Source: a virus
Taxonomy: Duplodnaviria; Caudoviricetes
IMG/VR virus record: IMGVR_UViG_3300019889_000017
Coordinates: 1 to 60,897 of that record
Reading direction: 5' to 3' (one strand)
DNA length: 60,897 bases
A model generated the notes under the pieces. The model ran no database searches. It worked only from the letters and a program-made list of their open reading frames with translations, and was not told the DNA's origin. A program made the translations under genes and the position numbers. Of this stretch, positions 1 through 8,037 are shown piece after piece; position 1 is the first letter of the stretch, and each line of letters opens with the position of its first letter.

Positions 1-11
1 ATGTAGATCGG

Positions 12-137
12 TGACCGGGAGCAGCGGTGCGCGACGGTGAGCGGATACCTGGTGCTTCAGAGCGGCAAGACCTCGTCCGGCGTTCGTGTCGAGTTCGACT
101 GGCAGAAATGGGGCGGCCGCCGACACAAGATCGAGTC
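12..137. repeat. Terminal overlap, identical to 60772-60897 (circular or circularly permuted assembly)
   Basis: 126 bp exact match between the two ends; the ORF starting at 60632 reads through the junction to a stop at 210. Confidence 0.95.
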
Positions 138-504
138 GGCACCCGACTGGGTCAAGGCCCTCTGCACGGACGCGCCGTCGAACGTCACTGAATGGCCGGT
201 TAGAGGCTGAGTGAGCATCTTCGGGTCCGGCAAGCCCAAGAAGCCGCGGAAGCGGCGCACCGTGCCACCGGCCACGCCGAAGCAACCGGCGCCGCGCCGG
301 AGCACCCAGACACCCAAACGGGGCCGGAAGCCTCCCGGTCCTCCGGCGACGTGATCCCGGGAACCGGGCCCGGCCGTGGTCTGCCGTGGTGGCGGCACAT
401 CCAGGTGCTTCGCCATCGGCATGACCCGGGCGATCGCGTAATGCAGCGGCTGTTTCCGCTTCCCCGTCCGGGACGCGTCGTCCACGTGATCGGACCGACT
501 GGAA

Positions 505-533
505 TTGACACTTAGATGTCATGCCTGTAAGGT
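505..533 (+). promoter_or_regulatory. Phage promoter/operator motif copy
   Basis: TTGACA-17-TAAGGT, with TGACA-N6-TGTCA dyad. Confidence 0.75.
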
Positions 534-572
534 TATCACCGAGCAGCACGGAGCTGCAGGAATGGGGAGAGA

Positions 573-749
573 ATGCCCAGGCACAGCGAGTCGAGCGGAG
601 CGGGGTCGCCGAGCACCGGCAACGGGCGCACCGGCGGCAAGAAGCCCAAGGCTCTGAACGTCACCCAGCGGACCAGCACCGGCACCATCCTCTGGAAGGC
701 CACGGCCGCACTCTTCGGCAAAGGTAAGAGCGGTAAGGGCAGGAAGTAG
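573..749 (+). CDS. Small basic hypothetical protein (58 aa)
   Basis: GGAGA RBS, downstream of promoter at 505, followed by a terminator; translated by hand (MPRHSESS...GKGRK). Confidence 0.55.
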   Translation: MPRHSESSGAGSPSTGNGRTGGKKPKALNVTQRTSTGTILWKATAALFGKGKSGKGRK

Positions 750-798
750 CAGAACTGCTACAGTCCGAACTCTTGCGAAGTACAGGGTCTGACGAGTG

Positions 799-831
799 AA
801 GGAGCCCCCGCCGAACCGGCGGGGGCTCCTT
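799..831. terminator. Bidirectional intrinsic terminator
   Basis: AAGGAGCCCCCGCC-GAACC-GGCGGGGGCTCCTT hairpin between convergent genes. Confidence 0.75.
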
Positions 832-847
832 CTGTTTTCCCGGCAGC

Positions 848-1186
848 CTACTGGATCGACCGCGGGTCCGCCTGAGGCGTGGCCTGATCGCGGATCCCCA
901 GCAGCGCGAACCCGGCGAGGATGATCCCGCCCAGGCCGGTCACCGCGGCGTCGGACCACTGGAGCCCGTACTCGGCGAACATCGCCGCACCGGCGGCCGT
1001 CGCGGCCACGAACAGCGCCGGAGCCACCGGGCGGGTGGTGAGCGCGATGACCACGCCCGTGACGAAGGTGACGATGGCAGTGGCCTGACCGGCGTTGAGC
1101 CAGTCCAGGCCGAGGCTGACACCCCAGGTGAGACCGGCGCCGATCAGCGCCAGCCACAAAGCCGGTTCCCGGCCGAAGATCCTCAT
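848..1186 (-). CDS. Holin
   Basis: 112 aa with several hydrophobic segments, starts 'IFGREPALW', directly after the endolysin. Confidence 0.75.
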   Translation of the reverse strand: MRIFGREPALWLALIGAGLTWGVSLGLDWLNAGQATAIVTFVTGVVIALTTRPVAPALFVAATAAGAAMFAEYGLQWSDAAVTGLGGIILAGFALLGIRDQATPQADPRSIQ

Positions 1187-1199
1187 TTTCCCTCTCCCC

Positions 1200-1985
1200 C
1201 TAAGCCGTGCGGGCGTGGATCTCGTCCACTACCGCGTCGGCGATCTCTTCCGGCAGCGCGGCCGCGATCGCCTGTGGCGTGAGCGTGGCGAGCAGGCCGG
1301 TCACGATGGCGTTCTCGTCCACGTCGACGCCGCTGAGCCGGTTCACGGCGTCTCGAATCAGGAACATCACCGTCAACGTGCTCGGCTCACTCCCGCCCGA
1401 ACCGGCGCCCTGCTGCCACGGGGCGACACGGAGCTGCTTCAGCGCCTTGCTGGGGGTGGACGCGAGGTAATCCATCCGCGTCGTCCACCAGGCGTCCATC
1501 AGGACATTGAACTGGGCCTGTGTCATATCGTCCTCTCCAGCTCTGATCGAGGCCGCGAAAGCGGCCACCTGGGCCCGGGAGCCGATGATCTCCCAGTGCA
1601 TCGGGTCGGGGCGGCTGAAGTCGCCACCCCAGCGCAACGTGCCCCCCGACGCCGCCTCGATGGCGTGGCACGCCGCGATCTCGCGCGCGGTCATGTTCGA
1701 GCCGGTCGGCGGGCCCATCGGGTGTTCCGGCGCGTTGATGTCCCACGCGGTGCCGCTGGCGTGGTTGGACCACTGGTCGGAGCCCTGGATCTTCTTCGGG
1801 TCCCAGCCCCAGCAGGTGCCCGGGACGATCGACTCCACGGTGGCCTTGTAGCGGCGCATCTGCCACCGGGCGATGGTCGCGACGTCACCTCTCAGGATGC
1901 CGTTCGGGAACATCACGCCCTCGAACGGTCCCAGGTCACACGAGATCTTGGCGACCACCGGCCAGCCGTTCTGTGAAGCAGCCAT
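1200..1985 (-). CDS. Endolysin, M15-family peptidase
   Basis: SNHASGTAWDIN and DPMHWE zinc-peptidase motifs; N-terminus 'SQNGWP' typical of actinophage lysin A. Confidence 0.85.
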   Translation of the reverse strand: MAASQNGWPVVAKISCDLGPFEGVMFPNGILRGDVATIARWQMRRYKATVESIVPGTCWGWDPKKIQGSDQWSNHASGTAWDINAPEHPMGPPTGSNMTAREIAACHAIEAASGGTLRWGGDFSRPDPMHWEIIGSRAQVAAFAASIRAGEDDMTQAQFNVLMDAWWTTRMDYLASTPSKALKQLRVAPWQQGAGSGGSEPSTLTVMFLIRDAVNRLSGVDVDENAIVTGLLATLTPQAIAAALPEEIADAVVDEIHARTA

Positions 1986-2021
1986 ACTCCTCTCCCTCCT
2001 GTCAACTTCACAGTAACAGCT

Positions 2022-2207
2022 TCAGCGCTTGGACCGCCGGGTGCGCGCGGCCTTACGCGCCATCCGGCTGCGCTGGGCGTGTGACCTGCCCGCGTTGCTG
2101 ATCTTCGCCGCTACGGTCTTGCTCTTCCCCTTGCGCCTCAGCGCCCTGTACGCCCGGTGCCGGGACCTGTAGACGAACCCTTTGCGACCACCCGCTGAGC
2201 TGACCAC
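2022..2207 (-). CDS. Small, highly basic protein
   Basis: 61 aa Arg/Lys-rich, 'YRALRRKGKSKTVAAKISNA', GGAGG RBS. Confidence 0.6.
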   Translation of the reverse strand: MVSSAGGRKGFVYRSRHRAYRALRRKGKSKTVAAKISNAGRSHAQRSRMARKAARTRRSKR

Positions 2208-2300
2208 GGGGCATCACCTCCTGTCTCATATGGTCTACCCGGCGTCGGGCACGAGGAAGCCCTGACCCGTTCAGGTCAGGGCTTGACACTCGACTGTCAA

Positions 2301-2603
2301 TCAGCGCACCAGCTGCACCGACGCGATCACCACCACCGTCATCAGCGCAGCGGCACCGTTGCTGACGGTCAGGAACCGGTCTCGTAGGAAGTAGCCGTGC
2401 AGGGAGAACCCGGCCTGCACGAGAAAGATCAGGAGGAGGAACAGTGTCGAGACACCGGCCGCCTCCCGGTCCTGCCACAGCTTGACGATCTGCGGGATGG
2501 CCACCAGCGGGTTGACCACGCTGATGATCGTGACGATCTTGTCCCAGTGGATCGCCGCACGGACATGGTCACGAGACGTGTTCTTCGTATCCTGTTCGGT
2601 CAT
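2301..2603 (-). CDS. SemiSWEET/PQ-loop family membrane protein
   Basis: 100 aa, 3 TM segments, 'IPQIVKLW..REAAGVS', 'HGY', 'SN'; ATG sits at the expected TSS of the promoter at 2611-2639. Confidence 0.75.
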   Translation of the reverse strand: MTEQDTKNTSRDHVRAAIHWDKIVTIISVVNPLVAIPQIVKLWQDREAAGVSTLFLLLIFLVQAGFSLHGYFLRDRFLTVSNGAAALMTVVVIASVQLVR

Positions 2604-2610
2604 TCCCGAT

Positions 2611-2639
2611 ACATTACCGTCATCACTGTAAGGTGTCAA
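2611..2639 (-). promoter_or_regulatory. Phage promoter/operator motif copy
   Basis: TTGACA-17-TAATGT. Confidence 0.75.
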
Positions 2640-2785
2640 ACGAGACCTGGTGCCCTACTCTGGTCGCGGGCATGGAGAAGGCCTCGCCGGAGAACCCGGA
2701 GAGGCCTTCTTCCACGTCTACTTCCCGCCGCTGCCGGGTGTCGGTCTCGGCCGTGGTGGGCAGGGGTCAGGATCGTGTCGCGCCA

Positions 2786-3253
2786 TCAGCACGTACCGCC
2801 GGTGCGCCCGGGCACCGTGTTGACGCTGCTGATGACGGCGTTGTAGATGCCCAGCGACGCGTCCGACTCGCCCGGCTGCATCGTCCAGTAGTTGTTGCCG
2901 GTGCAGTTGTGGTTGTCCCAGTACCGAATGACGCTTCCGCTCTTGTTGTAGAGCGACCGGAAGGCGTTGTCGGACCGGCCCGCCAGCGGGAAACCGTCCT
3001 CCTGCCAGATGTACCCGGCAGTCCACTGGTAGATGCGGCCGGTCGCGCCGACACCGGTCCACCCGCAGGCGTAGCCGATGAGGCAGTCAGCGGTGCCGAT
3101 GCTCGGCGCGTCGCCCACCAGCAGCGGGGGCCGGACGGCGTTCCATTCGTTGCCCGCCACCGGCGTGGTCGCCTGGGCGGAGGTCTGGGTCACGAAGCCG
3201 AGCCCGGCGGCGAACACCACCGCGGCCAAGAGCAGCTTGGTCCTGTTCAGCAT
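2786..3253 (-). CDS. Secreted protein, peptidase inhibitor I36 / beta-gamma crystallin-like
   Basis: Signal peptide (AQA cleavage site), 'C.IGYACGWTG...TG', 'SLYN', 'ISSV'; own promoter at 3290-3318. Confidence 0.6.
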   Translation of the reverse strand: MLNRTKLLLAAVVFAAGLGFVTQTSAQATTPVAGNEWNAVRPPLLVGDAPSIGTADCLIGYACGWTGVGATGRIYQWTAGYIWQEDGFPLAGRSDNAFRSLYNKSGSVIRYWDNHNCTGNNYWTMQPGESDASLGIYNAVISSVNTVPGRTGGTC

Positions 3254-3511
3254 GTCATCCCTCTCGTTGGAATCGTGTGCTCCGCGGCAACCTTAACAGT
3301 CATGACGTCAAGGTACAATCAGGGGATGAGGTGATTGACCCGGCAGCACGGACAGGAATTGATGAAGACCCCGTCCCCGCACCGGCTCAACCCGCAGGCC
3401 CAGCAGAGCTGTGCCTCGGTGCGCTGCACCTCCCGGCCAGCCTCGCGGATCGCGGCGGCCATCTTCCTGACCCGGTACCACAGCTTGGTCACGACTTCTC
3501 GAATCCGCAGC

Positions 3512-3838
3512 TCAGGCCGGAGGCCCGAACGCCCTGTCACGTGCCCGCTGCAGGACCTTGACCAGCCGGTTACAGTCGCTCCAGTTGTCCAGCATCGCCC
3601 ACCAACCGTCGAAACCAGGTTCGTACGGCATCGCGGCCTTCAGCTTGGCCAGGTCGATGGTCGGCTCTCCGGCATCGCTCAGCCAGTCGTTGACGATGCG
3701 GACGATCCGAGCCGTCGGATCCTCCACACCCTCGCGGGTGGCAGCCTGGGTCACTACCTGGACCGTGCCGTCGGACTCGTCGTTTCCCCAGCTCACACGT
3801 ACGTTCACGTCGTGGCCGCGGATCACTTCAGAAGGCAT
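3512..3838 (-). CDS. Hypothetical protein
   Basis: MPSEVIRG... start with GGAG RBS, follows the terminase gene. Confidence 0.6.
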   Translation of the reverse strand: MPSEVIRGHDVNVRVSWGNDESDGTVQVVTQAATREGVEDPTARIVRIVNDWLSDAGEPTIDLAKLKAAMPYEPGFDGWWAMLDNWSDCNRLVKVLQRARDRAFGPPA

Positions 3839-3896
3839 CGCGCCGTCTCCCGTCTCGGGGTTGAACCACCGGCCTCTCACCGGCTTGGAGCCGAGC

Positions 3897-5378
3897 CTAC
3901 CGGAGGCCACGGCCAAGCGGCGAGAGGCCGGTACTGGGGAGCGAGCCCACCGGCTGGACGAACGACCCGATCCCGGTGTGCAGATCCGCCCACATGGCCA
4001 TGGCGATGGCATCTCCCCGGTCCGACGACCGGCCGAGCACCTCCACCACCTTGTCCTTCGCCAGGATCTTGTACTTCGGCGGCGACCCGGAGGTGATCTC
4101 CCAGGTCGGAGTGGTCAGGTCACTGATCATCAGGTCGTCCGGAGGCAGCGCCAGCACCGGCTCATACGCCGGGTCCAGCAGCTCGCGCAGGTTCCAGTAG
4201 GCCGCGCTCCGGACGTTGACGAACCCGTACTTGCCGGACCGGTCCCGGTGACCGGTCTTGCCTGAGCCGGTGTACGCGAGCGGCCGCGCGCCCACCTCGC
4301 GGAGCCGGTCGTACACACCGGCGCCCACGCCGATCACGTCCACGATCGCGCGCCCGGCCAGGCCCTGGACCTCGCCCACCTGGCTCATGGTGTCGCGCCG
4401 CCGGTTGCCGGTCAGCGTGATCGCCCAGCCGTCACGCAGGGCGAGCACCGAGTCGTCACCTCCCCGGCCGACGTCGATCCCGGTCCAGAGCGGCCCACCC
4501 GGGGAAGGACGACCGGCCCGGTCCCAGTCGTACCACCGCTCGATCGCAGCCTCCAGCCAGGCCAGCGGGATGACGCTGTCCTCGTCGCTGGCGTGGAACT
4601 CCCCCAGCACCCGGTTGTGGTAGACCGCGCTGTCCTCGCCCCACTGCAGCCGCCGCTGCTCGGCCCACAGTCGCGAGATCCTCCCCGAGGCGATGGCCTC
4701 CGCCAGCGTGACGTGCCGGGTCCACCAGTCCTCGTAGCCGGGCGCCCGCCGGTGGATGTCGTAGAAGCGGCCGGACGGCGGGCCCGGGGTGCTCATGGCC
4801 AGGGCGTAGGCGTTCTGCGCGGTGTCCGTTCCGGCGCCGGAGAAGGCGCCCTCAACGGAGTCCCAGGTGGCTGGCGGGATGATCTTGGCCTCGTCCAGCA
4901 GGTAGAGCAGCTCGTCGGCGTGCGCGCCCTCGATACGCTCAGGGGTGTTGCTGGCCACCGCGGTGGCCGCGCCGTGGTTCAGCTTCAGGCGCAGATCCAG
5001 CAGCTCCGTCCGCGGGTTGTACGGCGCCCGGCCCAGCGTGGCGAAGTCGATCCGGTCCGCCCACTTGTGGATCTCCGGCCAGAGGTAGACCTCCAGGTGC
5101 CGCCACGCCGAGGCGGTGGTGATGATCTTCCATTCGAGCCCCACCAGGTCCCGGGTGGTGGCGAACCAGTTCACTACGATGGCGCCCAGGAACGACTTCC
5201 CAAGGCCGTGGGGACCTCGTAACGCCACGCGTTTCTTTTGGACGATCGCGTTCAGGACCTCGCCCTGGTAGCCGGTCAGCTGGACGTTCAGGCACTCGTC
5301 AGCCCAGGCCACCGGCGAGTTGATCCAGCGGGCGAGCCGGGTCCGGCTGATCACCTTGCCCGCCAGGTCGACCCTCAC
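3897..5378 (-). CDS. terL: Terminase large subunit
   Basis: Walker A GPHGLGKS, Walker B LLDEA, STP coupling motif, RNase H-like GIDVGRGGDD, C-terminal DRGDA. Confidence 0.93.
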   Translation of the reverse strand: MRVDLAGKVISRTRLARWINSPVAWADECLNVQLTGYQGEVLNAIVQKKRVALRGPHGLGKSFLGAIVVNWFATTRDLVGLEWKIITTASAWRHLEVYLWPEIHKWADRIDFATLGRAPYNPRTELLDLRLKLNHGAATAVASNTPERIEGAHADELLYLLDEAKIIPPATWDSVEGAFSGAGTDTAQNAYALAMSTPGPPSGRFYDIHRRAPGYEDWWTRHVTLAEAIASGRISRLWAEQRRLQWGEDSAVYHNRVLGEFHASDEDSVIPLAWLEAAIERWYDWDRAGRPSPGGPLWTGIDVGRGGDDSVLALRDGWAITLTGNRRRDTMSQVGEVQGLAGRAIVDVIGVGAGVYDRLREVGARPLAYTGSGKTGHRDRSGKYGFVNVRSAAYWNLRELLDPAYEPVLALPPDDLMISDLTTPTWEITSGSPPKYKILAKDKVVEVLGRSSDRGDAIAMAMWADLHTGIGSFVQPVGSLPSTGLSPLGRGLR

Positions 5379-6082
5379 TAGGTCTTCTCCCCGCCCATCG
5401 CGGTCACGTCGATGGTGCCGAGATGCGCCTGGACCAGAATCGGCACCCTCGCCTGCTGCTCAGGGGAGAGGTTCAGCTCGTCCAGCATGGTGGAGATCCG
5501 GGTGGCCACGACGTCACCCCAGCGCTCGGCCAGCGCGGTGAGCCGGTCGGAGATCCCCATCTTGTGGGCAGCCTCGGCATACTTGACCACCCGGTCCCGT
5601 TCGGACGCCTCCAGGGCGACCAGCGCCCGAACCTCCTCGCTCTGCGCGAAGATGTGGCCGTCCTTACCGGCAGCGCCGTACCGGTGCCCGATCAGGCCAC
5701 CGGTGTCCGGCCCGTTCTCCAGCACCACCTGACGCCGCAGAAGGTCGGAGTAGGCGCCGAGCCGGAGCCACGACATCTGCAGGATCCCGAGTACGGCCAT
5801 CGAGCTGGTCACGTTCTCGGCGGCGTTCACGTCGCCGACCGCGGACCAGGCGCTGATCCGGGCCTCACCCTTCACCTTGGCCACCGCCAGGGAGGCCCCG
5901 ACGTGCCGCTGACAGCCGTCCGTACCGCGGACGGCCAAGGCGTGGCAGGAGCCGCGGCCCCTGCTCCTGTTCTTCGTGCACTCCATCCGGCGGTGGTCTT
6001 CGCACCACCGGGCCCCGCCGGGGTTGAAGGTGCGCGTAATCGGCCTGAGACCTTCCGGATTCACGACGCCCTTTCGGTACAT
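5378..6082 (-). CDS. Probable terminase small subunit
   Basis: Abuts terL; N-terminal Cys/His motif (C...C.RHVG) and helical body. Confidence 0.65.
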   Translation of the reverse strand: MYRKGVVNPEGLRPITRTFNPGGARWCEDHRRMECTKNRSRGRGSCHALAVRGTDGCQRHVGASLAVAKVKGEARISAWSAVGDVNAAENVTSSMAVLGILQMSWLRLGAYSDLLRRQVVLENGPDTGGLIGHRYGAAGKDGHIFAQSEEVRALVALEASERDRVVKYAEAAHKMGISDRLTALAERWGDVVATRISTMLDELNLSPEQQARVPILVQAHLGTIDVTAMGGEKT

Positions 6083-6220
6083 GGTGCCATCCTATCCTGA
6101 AGTCAGAGGACATCTCGGTGTCCCGGACAGCGCCGAGCCCACCTGGGAACGGGGAAGTGACCAGGTGGGCTCGGGCAGGGCGGCAACCCCCACGAAAGGC
6201 GCCGCTACCTGGAGGTGAGA

Positions 6221-7075
6221 TCAGGCGGCGAAGTCCACCTTGCGGCGCCGCGAGAGCACGATCAGAAATGCTCCGGTAGCGGCGACCATGACTCCGACAG
6301 CGATCAGGACGCCGGTACCGGCGCCGGTGACCGGCAGGCTGGGCCCGCTGATACCGGCGCCGCCGGTGGGCAGCGGCGCCGGAGCCGTCGGTCCCGGCTG
6401 GGTCGCCGTGGCGCTCGCGCTGGGACTCGGGCTTGAGCTCGGCGTCGGGCTGGCGCTCGGGGAGGGGCTGGGCGGGTAGCAGGCCAGCGGGTAGATCTTG
6501 CCGTCGAACGTCACCGACTTGACCAGTGCGGAGTTGCCGGTGTCCTTGGCGTAACCGACGCCGAACGTGCCGACCACGGTTGCGGCCGTGTAGTTCCACA
6601 GCCCCACCAGGTCACCGGCGGTGTCCACCGGGTTGGACTGGCCGCCGACATCGGCAGCGCCGATCTTGCTCGACCAGAACTTGCCGCCCGCGGTGACGTT
6701 GACCGTGGAGTACGGATTCGCCGTCTCCATCTTGAACAGCGGGAGCGCGCCTACTTTGAGCGCGGCCGTGAACGACCCCGCCTCGACGTCGGCCAGCTTG
6801 ATCCCGGTCGGGCTCGCGGTGTGGTGGTGGATGATGCTCGGGCCGTTGAACAGGAACCCGGCGGGCTTCTGCTCGGGTCGCAGGTCCACGGTGTCCGCGG
6901 TGGGCTGGCCGTCGCCGTTCTCGTCCACGTTGACGTACCAGCCGGAGGCGTTCGGGCAGTTCGCCGAGCCGGTGGGGCTGTAGCCGATCTCGGTGGCCTG
7001 CGCCGGGCCGCTCATCGCGAGGGCGCCGACCAGCACGCCGAGCGAGACAGCAGCCAGCCTAGTATTGATCTTCAT
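6221..7075 (-). CDS. LPXTG cell-wall-anchored surface protein
   Basis: Signal peptide, Pro/Ser linker, LPVTG, TM helix, RRRK tail; own promoter at 7111-7140. Confidence 0.85.
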   Translation of the reverse strand: MKINTRLAAVSLGVLVGALAMSGPAQATEIGYSPTGSANCPNASGWYVNVDENGDGQPTADTVDLRPEQKPAGFLFNGPSIIHHHTASPTGIKLADVEAGSFTAALKVGALPLFKMETANPYSTVNVTAGGKFWSSKIGAADVGGQSNPVDTAGDLVGLWNYTAATVVGTFGVGYAKDTGNSALVKSVTFDGKIYPLACYPPSPSPSASPTPSSSPSPSASATATQPGPTAPAPLPTGGAGISGPSLPVTGAGTGVLIAVGVMVAATGAFLIVLSRRRKVDFAA

Positions 7076-7144
7076 GTATGTCTCTTCCCCTGTCGGTTGG
7101 GTCGGGCGGAACCTTACAGCATCTACGGGGAGGTGATCAAGCGG

Positions 7145-7840
7145 TCAGGCAAGCGTGACTACGACGTCACGGTCGAACAGGAATCCGTCCGTGCTCACCA
7201 CCGCGCGCACCGCCTTGACGCCCTTGGGCAGGTCGTAGAAGGCGTATGCGCGGATCGAGTTGCCGGGGTTCAGCTCCGTGTACCAGCCGGTCAGGTCCTT
7301 GTTCCCGAAGATGTTGGCCGTGCCGTCCGCGCTGAACTGCCGACCGGCGGCGTCCTCGACCTTGATCCGGCCGTCGGCGTCGAAGTACATCGGCTGGTCG
7401 CCGACGTTCTTCACGGTGACGTCCAGCCGGGTGTACACGCCCTGCGCCTTCTGCCGGTTGTATTGGCCGCCCACCTGCGTGAGGCCGGTCTTCACCCCGT
7501 GGAACGTGTACTGGAAGTCGCCGGAGAGGAACGTCTTACCGACGGTGTAGGCGGCCGGGCCCTTGTCCGCGCCCAGGCTCTTCTCGGCAGCCGGAGCCGC
7601 GGGCATGGTGGTGAACCCCGCCTTCGGGTCACCGCTGCCTCCGGCGATCCCGATGACGGCCACGGCCGAGAACATCAGGAAGAGCCCGCCGAGCACGACC
7701 AGAATGATCGCCCAGACCGGGAAGCCCTTCTTCCTCCCCGCGGTCTCGGTCGGCAACAGCAGCGCGGCGGAGGCCGGGCCGGGCGAGATGGGGGCCGAGG
7801 TCCGGTCCAGGCTGATAAGTGTCTTCAGTGGGTCGCTCAT
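7145..7840 (-). CDS. DUF4352 / Mpr-like membrane-anchored protein
   Basis: N-terminal TM, 'KAQGVYTRLDVTVKNVGD', 'ELNPGNS...YDLPKG'. Confidence 0.7.
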   Translation of the reverse strand: MSDPLKTLISLDRTSAPISPGPASAALLLPTETAGRKKGFPVWAIILVVLGGLFLMFSAVAVIGIAGGSGDPKAGFTTMPAAPAAEKSLGADKGPAAYTVGKTFLSGDFQYTFHGVKTGLTQVGGQYNRQKAQGVYTRLDVTVKNVGDQPMYFDADGRIKVEDAAGRQFSADGTANIFGNKDLTGWYTELNPGNSIRAYAFYDLPKGVKAVRAVVSTDGFLFDRDVVVTLA

Positions 7841-7882
7841 TGTTCGGTCTCCTTGATACGTAATTGTCAAAGTTTGGGGTGC

Positions 7883-7936
7883 CCGGACTCGGGACGTGTG
7901 CGTTCTGGATGTTGGGACGGCCCTGGTCCCGAGCCG
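7883..7936 (-). ncRNA. Solitary TIGR-like stem-loop unit
   Basis: + strand CG-TGTGCGTTC-TGGATGTTG-GGACGGCCC-TGG closed by the CCGGACTCGGGA/TCCCGAGCCGG stem; loop is degenerate. Confidence 0.6.
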
Positions 7937-7977
7937 GACGAGACGTTACCTTACAGTCATGACGTACATGTAGTCAA

Positions 7978-8033
7978 CCCAGGGCAGGGCGCTTCTGCAA
8001 TAGGTATCGAGCCGAGATTGGCCCCGCCCCGGG
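7978..8033 (-). ncRNA. Solitary TIGR-like stem-loop unit
   Basis: + strand CG-CTTCTGCAA-TAGGTATCG-AGCCGAGAT-TGG in a 12-bp stem that pairs fully with G-U only on the minus strand. Confidence 0.75.
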
Positions 8034-8037
8034 AAGA

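Noticed and set aside
1-137. Biological terminal repeat
   Set aside because: The length fits an assembler overlap, a gene runs through it, and the first 11 bases mismatch the other end.
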